A stretch of DNA of 64,000 nt from Setoptus koraiensis (taxonomy: Eukaryota > Animalia > Arthropoda), in NCBI GenBank assembly GCA_048013815.1, contig CM106586.1, positions 2,976,001 through 3,040,000 of the forward strand, written 5' to 3'. The position numbers were made by a program, and so were the translations under genes. The notes below the pieces were generated by a model. The model searched no databases, was not told where the DNA came from, and saw only the letters and a program-made list of their open reading frames with translations. Positions 11,802 through 23,898 of this stretch are shown here, piece after piece. The stretch's first letter is position 1; each line of letters begins with the position of its first letter.

Positions 11802-13006
11802 GTATATATCGAGGATAACGGTTAGCGAAACAGTTCGGCCCGCTCGGCTCGGTCAGCGTCGGCATCAACGAGCCGAGCTAAGAACGACAGAGACACAATT
11901 GAATTGTTTGTGGCAAGTGCACTGTTGTGCATTAATTTGCTCCGTTTAGACTTGTTTAGATATAAATGTGAATAATATGCGAATAGCATGCAATGTGAAT
12001 ACATTATATTACATAAGGCATGGATTTAGAGAGATTCGGAGCGAGAGAGAGAGAGGCAATTAAATTGAATTTGGCCGCTGTCTGCAATCGATCGGCGCCG
12101 TTATGTAACACCGTGTTGCATGTGCTGCCGTTGCTGGCGTAACCGTGTTTTGTTTTATTTCGTTTCGTTTTATTTCATTTTATCTCATTTTGTTTCATTT
12201 CCTGTTGCGGCTGCTTGCCTGGTGTGTGTGTGTGTGTGTGTGTGTGTGTGCCTTACTTGTTGCGACGCAAACCAACTACGAATTGCGCCACTTACATTTG
12301 GCCAACTCAACGCTGGCCAATGTTGCCACTCAATGCTCTTGAGTGCATGTTGTATCCTCGTTGCGAGTTACGCAACTTCTTCTCAAGCCCATTGCGCAAC
12401 AACGACAAGTGTGATAGCCACAATAGCAGTCGCCTGTCGAGACGCAGACAATGCCGCTGTCGCCCGCAACAGCAACAACGACGGCAACAACAACAGCAAC
12501 AACGACACTAACCTGTGGCTGTGGCTCGAGTGTGTGTGACAGTGTCAGTGACAGGTGAGCCGATTATTCAATTTAGATTGGTTTGATTTAGTTGTTGGCG
12601 TCGCAACCAGATCGCGGGCATCACATGATGCACCATCAATCAGCTGAGTGGCTCGGCCATTGCGAAATAGGATGCGCAAGGCGCAAGGCATAAGGCACCG
12701 CTCTCACTTCAAATCACTTGACACACTCGACCTGTAGGGGTCGCCTCGACGCGCAAACTGACCACTCCAAATAGGCCTCAGTCAGCTGACACGGCCGACG
12801 ATGCCGGCCGTGGAGCGGCCAAAGATGATGAGCATGGGTGCCATTGAAAGCGACCGCGACACCTTGCTAATGCCAAACAAAGTGCACTGCCCAACAAGGA
12901 CAGCGCAAGAGATTAGATAATAGTAATATGATTATGCGATGGCCTCAGGTGAATCAGGTGACAGTATTGCGAGTTTGCAATATTTCTGTTCGTTTGTGTG
13001 TGCTGC

Positions 13007-13076
13007 ACATTTGGCTGGACATTCGGCTGGACATTCGGCTGGACATTTGGCTGGACATTTGGCTGGACATTTTGGC
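13007..13076. repeat. 12-bp minisatellite (ACATT[T/C]GGCTGG)n
   Basis: 5-6 units. Confidence 0.95.
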
Positions 13077-13775
13077 ACCATCTCACACAACAAGCTGCTT
13101 GTGGCCGGCATAGTTAGCCAGTTGCGCGGCTCACTGGCGGGCTGACCAGTGGGCGACAGGTGAAAGTTGAGCGCTGATTCATTAGTGGCGAGCACTCAAA
13201 CCAACTCGGGCCAACCGAGCAAAACCTGTTACCATCATCACTAACTCACTCACTCATGATAATGAATATTGTTGAATTATAATGAATGACCATCTCGCTG
13301 GCATCTTCTCCTCTGGTCACTCGCTGGCTGTGTTGTCGAGACGACAAGCGAAAAAGTCACTTGCGCAAATTGTACAAATTCAAATGTCAACTGGAGGCTC
13401 TTGCAAACTGCAGCCGACAGTTGAGTGCGATTGCAAATGCGAATGCGATAATATTTATATATATAATAACATTGTAATTAATTATTAGTGCCGTATTGTC
13501 ACAAAACACTACAACATTTCTTGCGTCATGTCAATTAGGCCGCCGCCGCCACATTTGTTGACCCAGCGACAAGCGCACTAATAATGGCAATAGTGCTGAC
13601 ACAATAGTTGGCACACAATTATTATAGTGCGCTCATTTCGTGCCAAAGTCACTTGTGAGGGCGCACTAATTATCGCAATATGTAACGCGCCGTCATAATG
13701 GGCGGCAGCAGCAGTTGAGAGCGAGATCTCGTCTGATTAATTTAGCTCTCGTGTCTGAAAAGCTGGCTGCACTTG

Positions 13776-13806
<31 letters not shown>

Positions 13807-15811
13807 GACAGTTATGACGACGACGAGACCATGAGATCATAATAAATGATAAATCACCTTGACGAGAAGTGCCAGACATGCCACTGACATAATTAGGCTT
13901 CTTCTGATCCGTTTGTCACAAAAATGCGTCAAAATATGTCCGACGTGTATGTGTGTGTGTGACCGGTGCCCACTGGCAGTGAGCAGGTATCACCGGACAC
14001 TCGGATCGCTAATTGAGATATAATAATAACGGGAGCAATGCCGAATGCGGCCAGTCAGACCAAAAGTGCCAAAAGCCGCTCTAATGATACTGTCCGGAAG
14101 TGAGCGAGACAGCACGGATTTGCATATAATGTTGAGCGCGTCGCTGGCTCCAATGAGCACGGCAGAGGCATATTGGCCAGTTGTTATCGTGTGTTGGACA
14201 ACAACAACAGCAACGGCAACAATGGTGATGTCATGCAAATTGATTTGCATACTAATATTAATAGAGGCATCAGCCGGATATTTATGGTTGGCATAACAAT
14301 GCGATTCTCGTGTTAGCCGAACAAAGGTTGTTGTTTGTGTGACTACTTACATGATATGGTGAATCCAAACATACGGTAGCGGACGATTAAGACCGACGTT
14401 ACAATGGTGGCCAGCACTAGTAACAATATGATCAACATGAAACGTCTGGCCGATTCCGATGACTTTAGCAGCTTGTGCCAAGTGTGAATGCTGCGCGTTG
14501 AATGTCATTGTTGGTCATTTGGTCGGCGGTGATTGGTGTTGCATTGATTGGCCATGAGCAGGCAGGTGAGCACAATTTCCGGTGGGCCATAAATATAAAT
14601 AATGTGTGTAAATATGAATTATGGCAAATTCAGCATCAGCGTGACGATTGGTTGCAATTGAATAATTGAATGAGATGAAGTTGAATTGATTCGAATTGAA
14701 TTCAGCAATTCAATTCATAGAGGAGAGATGGAGAGCGGTGCAATTAGTGATTGTGGTCAAAGAGTAATTAATACACACAAACAATCGCGCGCATATATCA
14801 CATATATCATAGTGGGCAGAGGGCACACCACAATTAATAGAGGAAGCACACAAACAAATCATCATAATGATAATACCATCATCCAAATGATTAATAGTAT
14901 GTGTTTATGTACTTGTTGTCGTCGCTATCAACAATATTTATGTGTACGGGTACCTATACATTATGCGCACAGGTAACAGGTATTGCGAGCGGTTAGTGGT
15001 GCGATATGGTTGCATGAGTTGCTCAAAATCAACAGGTGAGTCACATTAATGACACACACACACACACACAACCGCATTGGCTCGTTACAAATTATCGCCC
15101 CCACACAGCATATTTTTGTTCGTGTGATTGGTGTTGCCAGTTGGTGGGCACAGGTGAAAACAGGCAACGGTTGTTGTTTGTTGTCAGTTTACTGACATAT
15201 ACCGAGCGACCAGCGGCCAATGGTGTGTTTGCGAACCGCTACTCGTCGGTGTGAGTGTGTTTATTTGCAATTGTGATTAGTGATTTACTAATAGCGAGTG
15301 AGTTTGGGCTTGAACTTGGAAACAGCCTGGCAACTGGGCAATAGAGAGAGATCGCCAAGCGACAGCGAGCACCCAAACGCATTCTGATTGCGCAATAACA
15401 AACAGTTGCATCATCGAGACCATTGTTCGAGCTTGGAATGCCACTCGCAATGGTTGCGCAATTAACATTTAAGTGTGATGAACTTTGCGCAACAACAACA
15501 ACAGCAACGAAAACAGCAGCAACAACAACGACAACAACAGCAGCAACAACAACAATGGGACAACTGGCGACCGAAACGATGAATACACGCGAGACGTGCC
15601 GACCAATGCCGTCAGATGCTGACCATTGATTCGAATCGTAATGTCTGGCGTGTTTAGTCGGCGAGTCAATCGCTGCGGCCTCGCATCGTGTAGACTCACT
15701 GCGAGCGGCCATGGTTTATGCGATATAAAACAAATTATCAACAACAACAAAGGTGATTGAGCGATAAATAACGTCAGAGAGTGATAAATAACAGTCTGTT
15801 TCCGCCATCCC

Positions 15812-15812
<1 letters not shown>

Positions 15813-15857
<45 letters not shown>

Positions 15858-15858
15858 G
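15813..15858. repeat. (AC)n microsatellite, about 23 units (one of many CA/TG tracts in the window)
   Basis: Direct reading. Confidence 0.97.
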
Positions 15859-16442
15859 TCTGATGAAATTTGAAATTATTTGAATGGGTCTATCGCTATC
15901 AGCTGACCAGCGCCAAGCTATCGCATCAAACGGGCACACAAATGATGTAAGGCGCTGGTGGGCGACGCCGACGAGACGCCAAGCGAGTGAAAAATGTCAG
16001 ACAGACAGAGGCAAACAATTAACAGCCTGCTGATATAACTAACAAGTGGCTAACTAACCAAATGTCAGCCCTGTTGTTGGCTGCATCAATGTTAGCCAAC
16101 TGTCAGTTAGCGGGCCCACAAACAATGACAAGCTCGTCAACTTGTGTGTCGCTTTTTCTTGTCGGCTTGCATGCAACGCTAATTAATTAATGTAGTTAAC
16201 AGGTTGGCATGATAGCTCCAACTGATGGGCCAGCTATGAAAAGCTATCAGTGGCCAGTGGTCAGTGGTCAGTGGTCAGCGGTGGACACAATTGACAAATG
16301 TCTGATTGTTGCGCAATGCGCACACCACAAATCAATGACTCAATTGATTTTCTATTACATGAACAGCATGCATACATGTAGTGCGACAACAACAACCACA
16401 CCGGCAACAACAGTGACCATAAGTGCGTTACAACGACAAGCC

Positions 16443-16500
16443 ATGACAACAACAACAACGACAGCAACAGCAACAGCAACAACAACAACGACAGCAACAG

Positions 16501-16554
<54 letters not shown>

Positions 16555-16556
16555 GG
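16443..16556. repeat. (ACA/GCA/ACG)n trinucleotide tract
   Basis: Direct reading; it generates spurious poly-T/L ORFs in the ORF track. Confidence 0.95.
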
Positions 16557-18045
16557 TGATATAAAAATACACAATGGCGCTATCGTCATCATTTTACAAG
16601 CTGAAAAACTGTTAAAATGGCAACACGGAGGCCCGTTAAGTGCGCCGAGCCACTTTGCAGGCAATTCTAATTCTGAATTGTTGTTGATTCTAAATTTCAT
16701 TCCAGCCAACAACAAGTGGCGGCAACTTTCGCTCGCCAGTTAATAATGCAGCAGTTTGAATGCATTATCAAAACAAAACTGCATCGACTCGCTTCCAAGA
16801 CCGGCGCCGATGCGGCGCACCGAGCGCCATCGAACGAAGCCGAGAAAACCCTGGCAAGCCAATATTTCATTCATTCACAGAGTGAGAAGATTCGCCAAGA
16901 AGGAAGTGTTGCCGTTGTTGGTGTTGTTGCTGTCGCTGTTGTTGCTGTTGCTGTCATCGTCCCCAGTTAAGCCGTTAGAAAGTCTCAATGGGAACTATCA
17001 CCATAAATCAGCATATTATTTATTCATTTATTGACATTTGCACACTGGGTTTGTCGTAACCGTAGGCTAAGCGCATTTGTTTATGTCAGCTTTTGTTAGC
17101 TGCTAGCTGTTTATGCCGTCCGCAGCTAATATTACGTAACGTTTATGTTGACGAAATGTTATTTCTTCCGCTTTCATGCGCTCTCAACCGTTTTCGTCCC
17201 GTTTTGTCCGCCTTCGTCCCTTTTGAGGCGCTCTCGTCCGCTGGCCAGCTCGCGTCTGGCCATCGGACGTATCATCGGCTGTATCAACGGGATCATCTGC
17301 GATGCGCTTCATCAGGTAGAAGCCAACGCCAATTGCATCCTCGTCGAATCGTTTGACCAACCACTGACACTTGCTGTGAGGTGCTGTTGGCTTCGTCTAT
17401 TTATTTACCTGTTTGTTTGTTTACCATTAGAACGGTTTCTACCTGTTCGTAAGCAACAACTAATGACGATATAAATATATCGCCGCTGTACACATAACTT
17501 GTATGTCGCCCGATATAATATGATATAATTATCAATGGCCGTCATCATTAGTGAGGATTGCGCAAGCACTGGTCAGTTTAGTTGAGCCGCTCGATCTCGA
17601 GTGTGAAACTTCACCAAAATGCAAATATTGATATTCAACATTATTCATCACAACAGCTGTTGCACATTTTTGTTTGTAGACTAACCGTCGCAACGGATGC
17701 AAATGGATGCAGATTGTTCCAGCAAATACCAAAACAAATACGATAACTAACAACTAATGTAATTAATGCCAATTATTATAATTATTGACAGGGCGCCTGA
17801 TTATGGCAGCCATTGCATCAGCTGTTGCATCAGCTGTTGCGTAGAAAGGGACACACAAGTGGTGCCGATGATGACGTAACCGGCTCGATAATCCTTTATT
17901 TGGGCCACACAGATAATAAACATTGGCGATTGGCGTTAACGATTTGCGCCGGCAGCTAGCTCGACAAACTGTATAAACCACAAATGCAATTGTATGCGTT
18001 CGGGCAAACCCAGGCTCGAAATATCGACCGAGTCGTATAATCGAT

Positions 18046-18128
18046 ACGATTGTCGATATCGTCGAAATTGTCGGAATTGTCGGAATTGTCGGAATTGTCG
18101 GAATCGTCGAAATTGTCGATATCGTCGA
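18046..18128. repeat. 9-bp minisatellite (GTCG[G/A]AATT)n
   Basis: About 9 units, degenerate at the edges. Confidence 0.9.
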
Positions 18129-19885
18129 TGTTGTTGATATTGCGCAACACATAAAACGTAACACAGTTACGAATGGGCATGATGTAAACATTTGCCAATC
18201 AAATCGTGTCGGCGCTATTGGATCGGCAAACGTTTACAGGCAACTGTTCGCAGGCAAATGTTTACATCATGCATTAAACAAGCTCCAGTGCAGTGTGAGG
18301 TCTCTCGCAGCAGATATTTCGTCAGATGTATTATCCGACGAATGTCATACAATAATCATATCATGTGATTATTATGTAACGGCGATAATCAGTGCTGCCG
18401 CTGCCGCCTCTTCGATGCTATGCGATTATGATGCAATATTATTATTACATATTGTTATTATTATTATTATTATGCCGTAATGTCATAGCGTTATTGGTGC
18501 TCACACTCTTTTTGTTCTTCGTGTTCTTTGTGTTCTTTTTGCTCTTTTTGTTCTTTTTGCTCCTTTTGTTCTTTTCGCCTTCTTTTTGTTCGTTGCTCAC
18601 TAGCTGGCGTGACTCGCATACACACTCGATCGGCGGTGGACGTTGATACGGTGAAACGATACCATACCAAAGAGTATGAAACAATATGATGCGATATGGC
18701 AATATGGCGGTTGCCAGTTTTACTTTTATCGCGCTCACTGCGTCTTTCGTCAGTTTCGAATTCGAGTTTGCCGTTCGAAATCGGCGTTCGAATTCGGCGT
18801 TCGCGTTCGGCGTTCGCATTCGGCGTTCGAGTTCGATTTCAAGTTTCGAATTGGCACTGTGCGAAAGTCGCATTGATTTCCATCTGACACAGCCGCATCT
18901 GGGCAGAGTTGCCAGTTTGGCTGTGACACACTGCGCTCACCTGAGCGAGCTGGCGGTTTCTCTGTCTGGCCGGCCTGACCAACGAGACTCTGGGCTGTTA
19001 ACAAAGCGTCGTTTGTTTTATATATTAAATCACACACACACACACACTATTAAAAGATGTAAATAATTTAAGTGAGACCAACATCAATATCAACAACTGT
19101 TATGAGTGAGCACACAATGACAACAATGACAACAATGACTTGAAACAAACTGGCCAATGCAAACAACAACAATCGCTCGCTTGCGGTCGCCGTGAGCTGT
19201 CGACGGCGAAAAAGTGTAGCACACGCTGACACGACACTTGTTGCTGTTGTTTTATTATTTTTGCCCGCCAAAACAATAACACACATCTTACGTAACGCCG
19301 CACTTGTTGCCAGTCACCAGTTGTTGTTACTGCATCACAACAGCGTTACCCGTAGTGACTCTACCGTTACTCTCACTGTGAGCAGATATCGCACCGTGCC
19401 AGCAATATGGTTGCGATATCGACATACCGCCGATGTGATCTCATTGAACAACAACAACAGCGACAACAACGACAACAACGACAGCGACAACAACGACGCT
19501 GGTACAAGTGGTGACACAACTGTTTTGTTTTGTTCAAGGCGTCGATTGATATCGCTCCCCTCTTTTCTGCGCCCGACTTGTGAGAAAATGGCTGACAATC
19601 ATTGCGCAATTGCCCGTCGCAACGACGCCCGCGAGTCGCTCTCGCATTGGCCCGGCCGGTATCGCCACCAATATTGGCTTCATTGGTGAATATTCACAAA
19701 TATCGTATCCACGGATGAATCCGTGAGTTGCTTAATTGATCGGCGATTGCGCAATAGTTGCATAATATCGAGAATCTTACAAATCTCATCTTCGATGAAT
19801 ATCGCTGAAAAATGACTTGTGCTCACCCGACAAAGTGCAACGGCCGGCGCTCTGTCAGTGGTCGTTGGCTCCAACTAAATTGTAA

Positions 19886-20050
19886 ATCATACGCGACGAA
19901 GTCATACGCGATGAAGTCATACGCGACGAAATGATACGCGACGACATCATACGCGACAAAATGATACGCGACGATATCATGCACGATGATACCATAAACG
20001 ATGATACCATAAACGATGATATCATAAACGATGATATCATAAACGATGAT
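19886..20050. repeat. 15-bp minisatellite whose unit changes progressively along the array
   Basis: About 11 units, from ATACGCGACGAAGTC to ATAAACGATGATATC. Confidence 0.95.
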
Positions 20051-20991
20051 GTTGCGCCAAAGTGGGCATCTCCAAGTGGCTCACTGACAACTTGTGAGCG
20101 TCGCTGAATAATTTGCAGCAGACAGACTGGGCGAAATGGCGAGATTAGAATTTGCGGAGCGATGAATTTGAATTTGAATCAAGTCAATTAGCATCCGCAT
20201 GGCTGTAAGTGCATGTTTATAACATGATGATGATGCGATTATTCATTATTATTGAATTAGATGATGCTTGTGGCGCAAGTTGATGATGCAGAGACGCAGC
20301 AAACAAGTATCTCGCATTACGACAGGTACACACAGGTTGAACTACAAAAACTAGATTATCATAGAACACACAGGCAAGTGGCCTGAACTGGACCTGGCTG
20401 GACTGCGGCGAGCCGGCCTGAACTCAGCTGAACTCGGACTCTGGCTCGGCTCAATTCAACTCCGGTCCACTCGGCACACAAACTCGACCAAAGTGAACTG
20501 AACTGAAATTATGCAATAATGAGCTAATAGCGATAAGCCAGCCGTAGATGATAATGACCGTGAACATTGTTAATTGCCATTTGTCTAAGCGAATGAAATT
20601 TGATTTTAACATTCTCCATGTTTGCTGTTATTGTGCGCCCCTACACACAAAGTGAGCAAGCTCATCTCCGATCATCGTCTACTATTTTTTGCTGCTATGC
20701 GTTTATTTGCATCGTGACGACGCCGCGCCGGCAAGACGCCGCGGCACAGGTTATGCAACACCGCTGATGCAACACAGCTGATGCAACACAGCTGATGCGA
20801 GAGGCGAGAGGCGAGCCATAGGTGGCACAGACTGTGTGCACAATGACGTGATGGACACAGCCAATGTTTGCCATGCGATTCAAACAACAACAACATTACA
20901 TCATCAGTGTGATGAGCATTGTGGCCGCGATTGCATCATGATAACATGGTTCGTCTTGTTTCTCTGTCTAGCTGGCTTGCCGACTGGCCGA

Positions 20992-21079
20992 CTGGCCGAA
21001 ACAAACGACGCTGATTGGCCGAAACAAACGACGCTGATTGGCCGAAGCAAGCGATGCCCACTGGCCGAAAAACAAACGA
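20992..21079. repeat. 23-bp tandem repeat (TGGCCGAAACAAACGACGCTGAT) containing ATTGG (CCAAT-box) motifs
   Basis: 3-4 units. Confidence 0.85.
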
Positions 21080-21372
21080 TCGCTGCCGGTGAATTATGAG
21101 CTTATCACCTTGTGCGTTTGTCTCTCTTATGAGTGCGCGCTGCTGGACGTTGCGCCGAGCGGCCACACGATGCAGTCAACAGTCGGACGACGGTCAGTGT
21201 TGGCCGATTAGGCCACAGGTGATCATCGTCTCAGTCAGCTGATTATCCGTCCGATTCAGCTGATTATCCGCCCGATCAGGCATGGGCGCCCGGCGCATCC
21301 GTCCGGCGTGCGCGCCAACAGCCACCAACCATCAAATCAACCCAACAGCTGTGCAGCAAGCCATCCACGGGC

Positions 21373-21530
21373 AACATTACATAACATAACATTACATAAC
21401 ATAACATTACATAACCTAACATTACATAACTCAACATTACATAACATAATACTACATAAGTTATTGGCGCATGGCATCACTCTATCACAAATTACTCTAT
21501 CATAAATTACTCTATCACTAATTACATCAT
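21373..21530. repeat. 15-bp/5-bp nested minisatellite (ACATTACATAACATA grading to ATTACTCTATCA..)
   Basis: About 10 degenerate units. Confidence 0.85.
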
Positions 21531-22876
21531 ACTACGATGATCGTAGTGTGTGCTGGATGACTCGGCCATCATGATCAAGGCTAACCGATCGGCGAGGTCA
21601 TCTTTTGTGCGACGCCAAAATAGGCGCGTGAGAATGATGATTAGTGAAGAGAGAAACAACCGACAGAAACAACAACAAGTGTCCGCTGTGGCTCTTAGAG
21701 GGCAGTCAATCTTTTCGCCCAAGCGTCTGCTCCTTTCGGCCAGGTCTCATTGGCAGGTTTATATCCGCGCCAGAGCGCATATCGATGGGCCGCAAATGGC
21801 ACAAATATCCGGTCGCACATTACATGCAGTAATTTACATGTAATATTCTCTACCAAACCGGCACTGGCCACTTTTGGCAAGCTCGCTGATGGCGCTGACC
21901 ACCACGAGCGACCTTTCGACAGTCCGACGCAAAGCAATATGCATTGGGTATGGCAATAGTGGATATGTGTGTCCATTTTGGGCAATGGTCGGCCACCACC
22001 GACGGGCCACCACACGATGGCCATAATGCTCCAAAAGGGCCTAAAAGCGTGAGCATCGGCCCATTGAGCTTAAATGGCAATTCACGCAACCTTTGGCCTC
22101 TTTATCCATCTCTATCTATCGCCATTGTGTGGGCTCCGGCGTCCAGTGCCATAATGAGCGGCCAGCTATTCACTTCCTGATTTCAGCGTTGGCCAGTGGA
22201 CACAAAGAAACGAGAGCGCTCTATCAATAATTATCGAGTATTGTGTGAACTGAACAAAAATAAACACACACACCACGATTAACACACCACGATGAACACA
22301 CCACGATGAACACACCGGAGACGACCATGATCAAACAACTGGATATATTCGTACTTGGGCTTGCTGCTGGATTTAGATTTATCTGCCAGCAGCAAGCGAA
22401 ATGCTCACACAAAGACAACGCGAATTGCGAAATGATGCAACTGTTCTCGCATATGCGATTGGTTGCTCGATAAAGGCCGATTGTGTCGTTGTTTTAGAGT
22501 TTTTAGTTTAAAAGACCGTTTAACCGTTGCACCGAGCCACCGATAGGCGAGCCACCGACCGGCGAGCCGGCCGACAATTGTGCGATTAAAACGGGCACAA
22601 CCTGTTACATGACGACCAACTAATAATCTCGCCAATGATCAAGCGAAGAGCGGACGTTGTTGTGGTTGTTGTTGTTGTTGCCGGTATGCTAATCACACAC
22701 TGCTGCGCTGTTCGAGATGCCGCTCTCATCGGTAACTTATCTTGGGCACATCAATTAAAATCGCTTTGTTTGAACGGGCGTCCGCTCAGTTGTCGCTAGT
22801 CGGCCGCTAGTCGATGCAAATGAGCCGGTCGCCGCGCCAGCTCGACACCAACGACAACAACGACAACGACAACAAC

Positions 22877-22907
<31 letters not shown>

Positions 22908-23349
22908 TTCATTTCGGTGTGTAATGAGCGCCGATTAGAGTGTCATCGTCGCTCGTTAGCTATTACAGCGGCAACGGCAGCGCCAGACACTATGTTTAAT
23001 TTCTCATCGGAAACGGTCTAAGTAGCGCAAACGTTCTTCTCAGGTACTCAGGTAATCAGCGCGCTGCGGCGACTGGACACAACAGCGATCGAGTCGAATG
23101 AGCAGTGCTAATGAGCGCGTTTATTGTTGTTTAACTGCTCTAATTACTCACACATTACATTATTTACACATTACATTACGGTTCCCTCTCATTCACTTGT
23201 GAGCTATTTAAAGGCAGCTCTATTTACGCAATTTAACTCTTTACAACCGGCACTCGCTGCCCGCTGACGGCGCAAGTATCCGCCGCTTGTATCTCATGCG
23301 CGACCGTCGCCGGACGTTGTTATAACGATATAAAGAGCAATTTACTCAC

Positions 23350-23864
23350 CCGAGGCCACGTTTAAACATGGAATCGCTGGTTGAGGTGGAGCTAGGTATA
23401 CTGGCCGAATCTGAGCGATCTATGTGACGCTGTTGTTGCTGTTGTTGTTGTTGCTGTTGCTGATGGTGCCGGTGCACATGACTGGTGCCACTGTGATGTC
23501 TGTGGTGCGACGACGACGAAGAGGAGCCGCTGGTGGAGTCTATTGAGGCTCCCGACGAGCCCGTTATGGCCGGCGACGAATGATGGTGAAGGTGGCTCAG
23601 GTGGTTGCCTGTTGTTGATTTTTGGTTGTTTGCTTGCAGTCCCAGCGATATGATGTGTTCGTTGTTTAATATCGTTTGTTTGCCGCTGTTGTTGTTATTG
23701 TTGTTGTTGTTTATGTTGCTCAAGCTGCTCAAGCTGTTCTGCTGCTGAAGGGACTTGCCGTTGTTGGCGCTGTCGAAGGGGTGCTGGTGCGAGAGATCCA
23801 GTCGGGCCGACAAATTTGTGCGGCTCGTCGATTTGTTGCCCGTCGAGCCCGTTGTTTGTGCCAT
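23350..23864 (-). CDS. First coding exon of an unidentified gene (Ser/His/Gln/Asn-rich N-terminus ending ..SDSMFKRGLG)
   Basis: ATG-initiated 172-codon low-complexity regulatory-type ORF ending exactly at a strong GTGAGT donor (23349; phase 2). Downstream exons not found. Confidence 0.65.
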
Positions 23865-23866
23865 CT

Positions 23867-23898
<32 letters not shown>

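Noticed and set aside
13832-13853. bantam-like seed TGAGATCAT
   Set aside because: The 3' part diverges from bantam and no complementary arm is nearby.
18755-18852. Heat-shock element array
   Set aside because: GAA/TTC units are directly adjacent (TTCGAA, GAATTC) rather than in nGAAnnTTCn spacing.
19886-21530. Repeat arrays as CRISPR-like loci
   Set aside because: Units are contiguous with no unique spacers, there are no cas genes, and the context is eukaryotic.
23040-23065. miR-275-like TCAGGTAC..AGCGCGC
   Set aside because: Wrong spacing versus the mature miRNA and no precursor stem.
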